Source: Plasmodiophora brassicae (lineage: Eukaryota). Taken from it: DNA of 64,000 bases. The stretch spans positions 1,860,001 to 1,924,000 of the forward strand of contig CP145409.1 in assembly GCA_036867785.1 (NCBI GenBank), written 5' to 3'. Under the pieces are notes generated by a model, which did no database searches, was not told where the DNA came from, and was given only the letters and a program-made list of their open reading frames with translations. Position numbers and translations under genes: made by a program. Numbering within the stretch: position 1 is the stretch's first letter; each line of letters opens with the position of its first letter. Below, piece by piece: positions 63,659-64,000 of the stretch.

Positions 63659-64000
<342 letters not shown>

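Overview
Gene-dense, GC-rich eukaryotic nuclear DNA with many short (about 40-80 nt) spliceosomal introns (GTACG/GTGAG/GTAAG donors, CTGAC/CTAAC branch points) and intergenic gaps often under 100 nt. This architecture, plus secreted ankyrin arrays and a cytokinin-dehydrogenase-like gene, suggests a phytomyxid plant parasite such as Plasmodiophora (inference only). About 33 protein genes and one tRNA-Gly are supported. Housekeeping genes include SPPL2, proteasome alpha7, RAE1, PRP5/DDX46, PWP1, DNAJC17, DDX11 and beta-tubulin. The most notable items are: (1) a tandem trio of signal peptide + SKP1-like + 17-18 ankyrin-repeat genes, the middle one carrying a 22-nt deletion that a cryptic intron could repair; (2) a PPR protein ending in a DYW-type deaminase domain; (3) a large protein with tandem WHIM3/WSD-like Trp repeats fused to an intron-split DOT1-like methyltransferase; (4) an intronless CKX-like FAD oxidase next to a bacterial-like small gene with a GC-AG intron and a duplicated tail; (5) several apparent pseudoenzymes; (6) two tandem RAMP4/SERP1 micro-genes missed by the ORF track. 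All family calls come from motif recognition by eye. No database searches were run.
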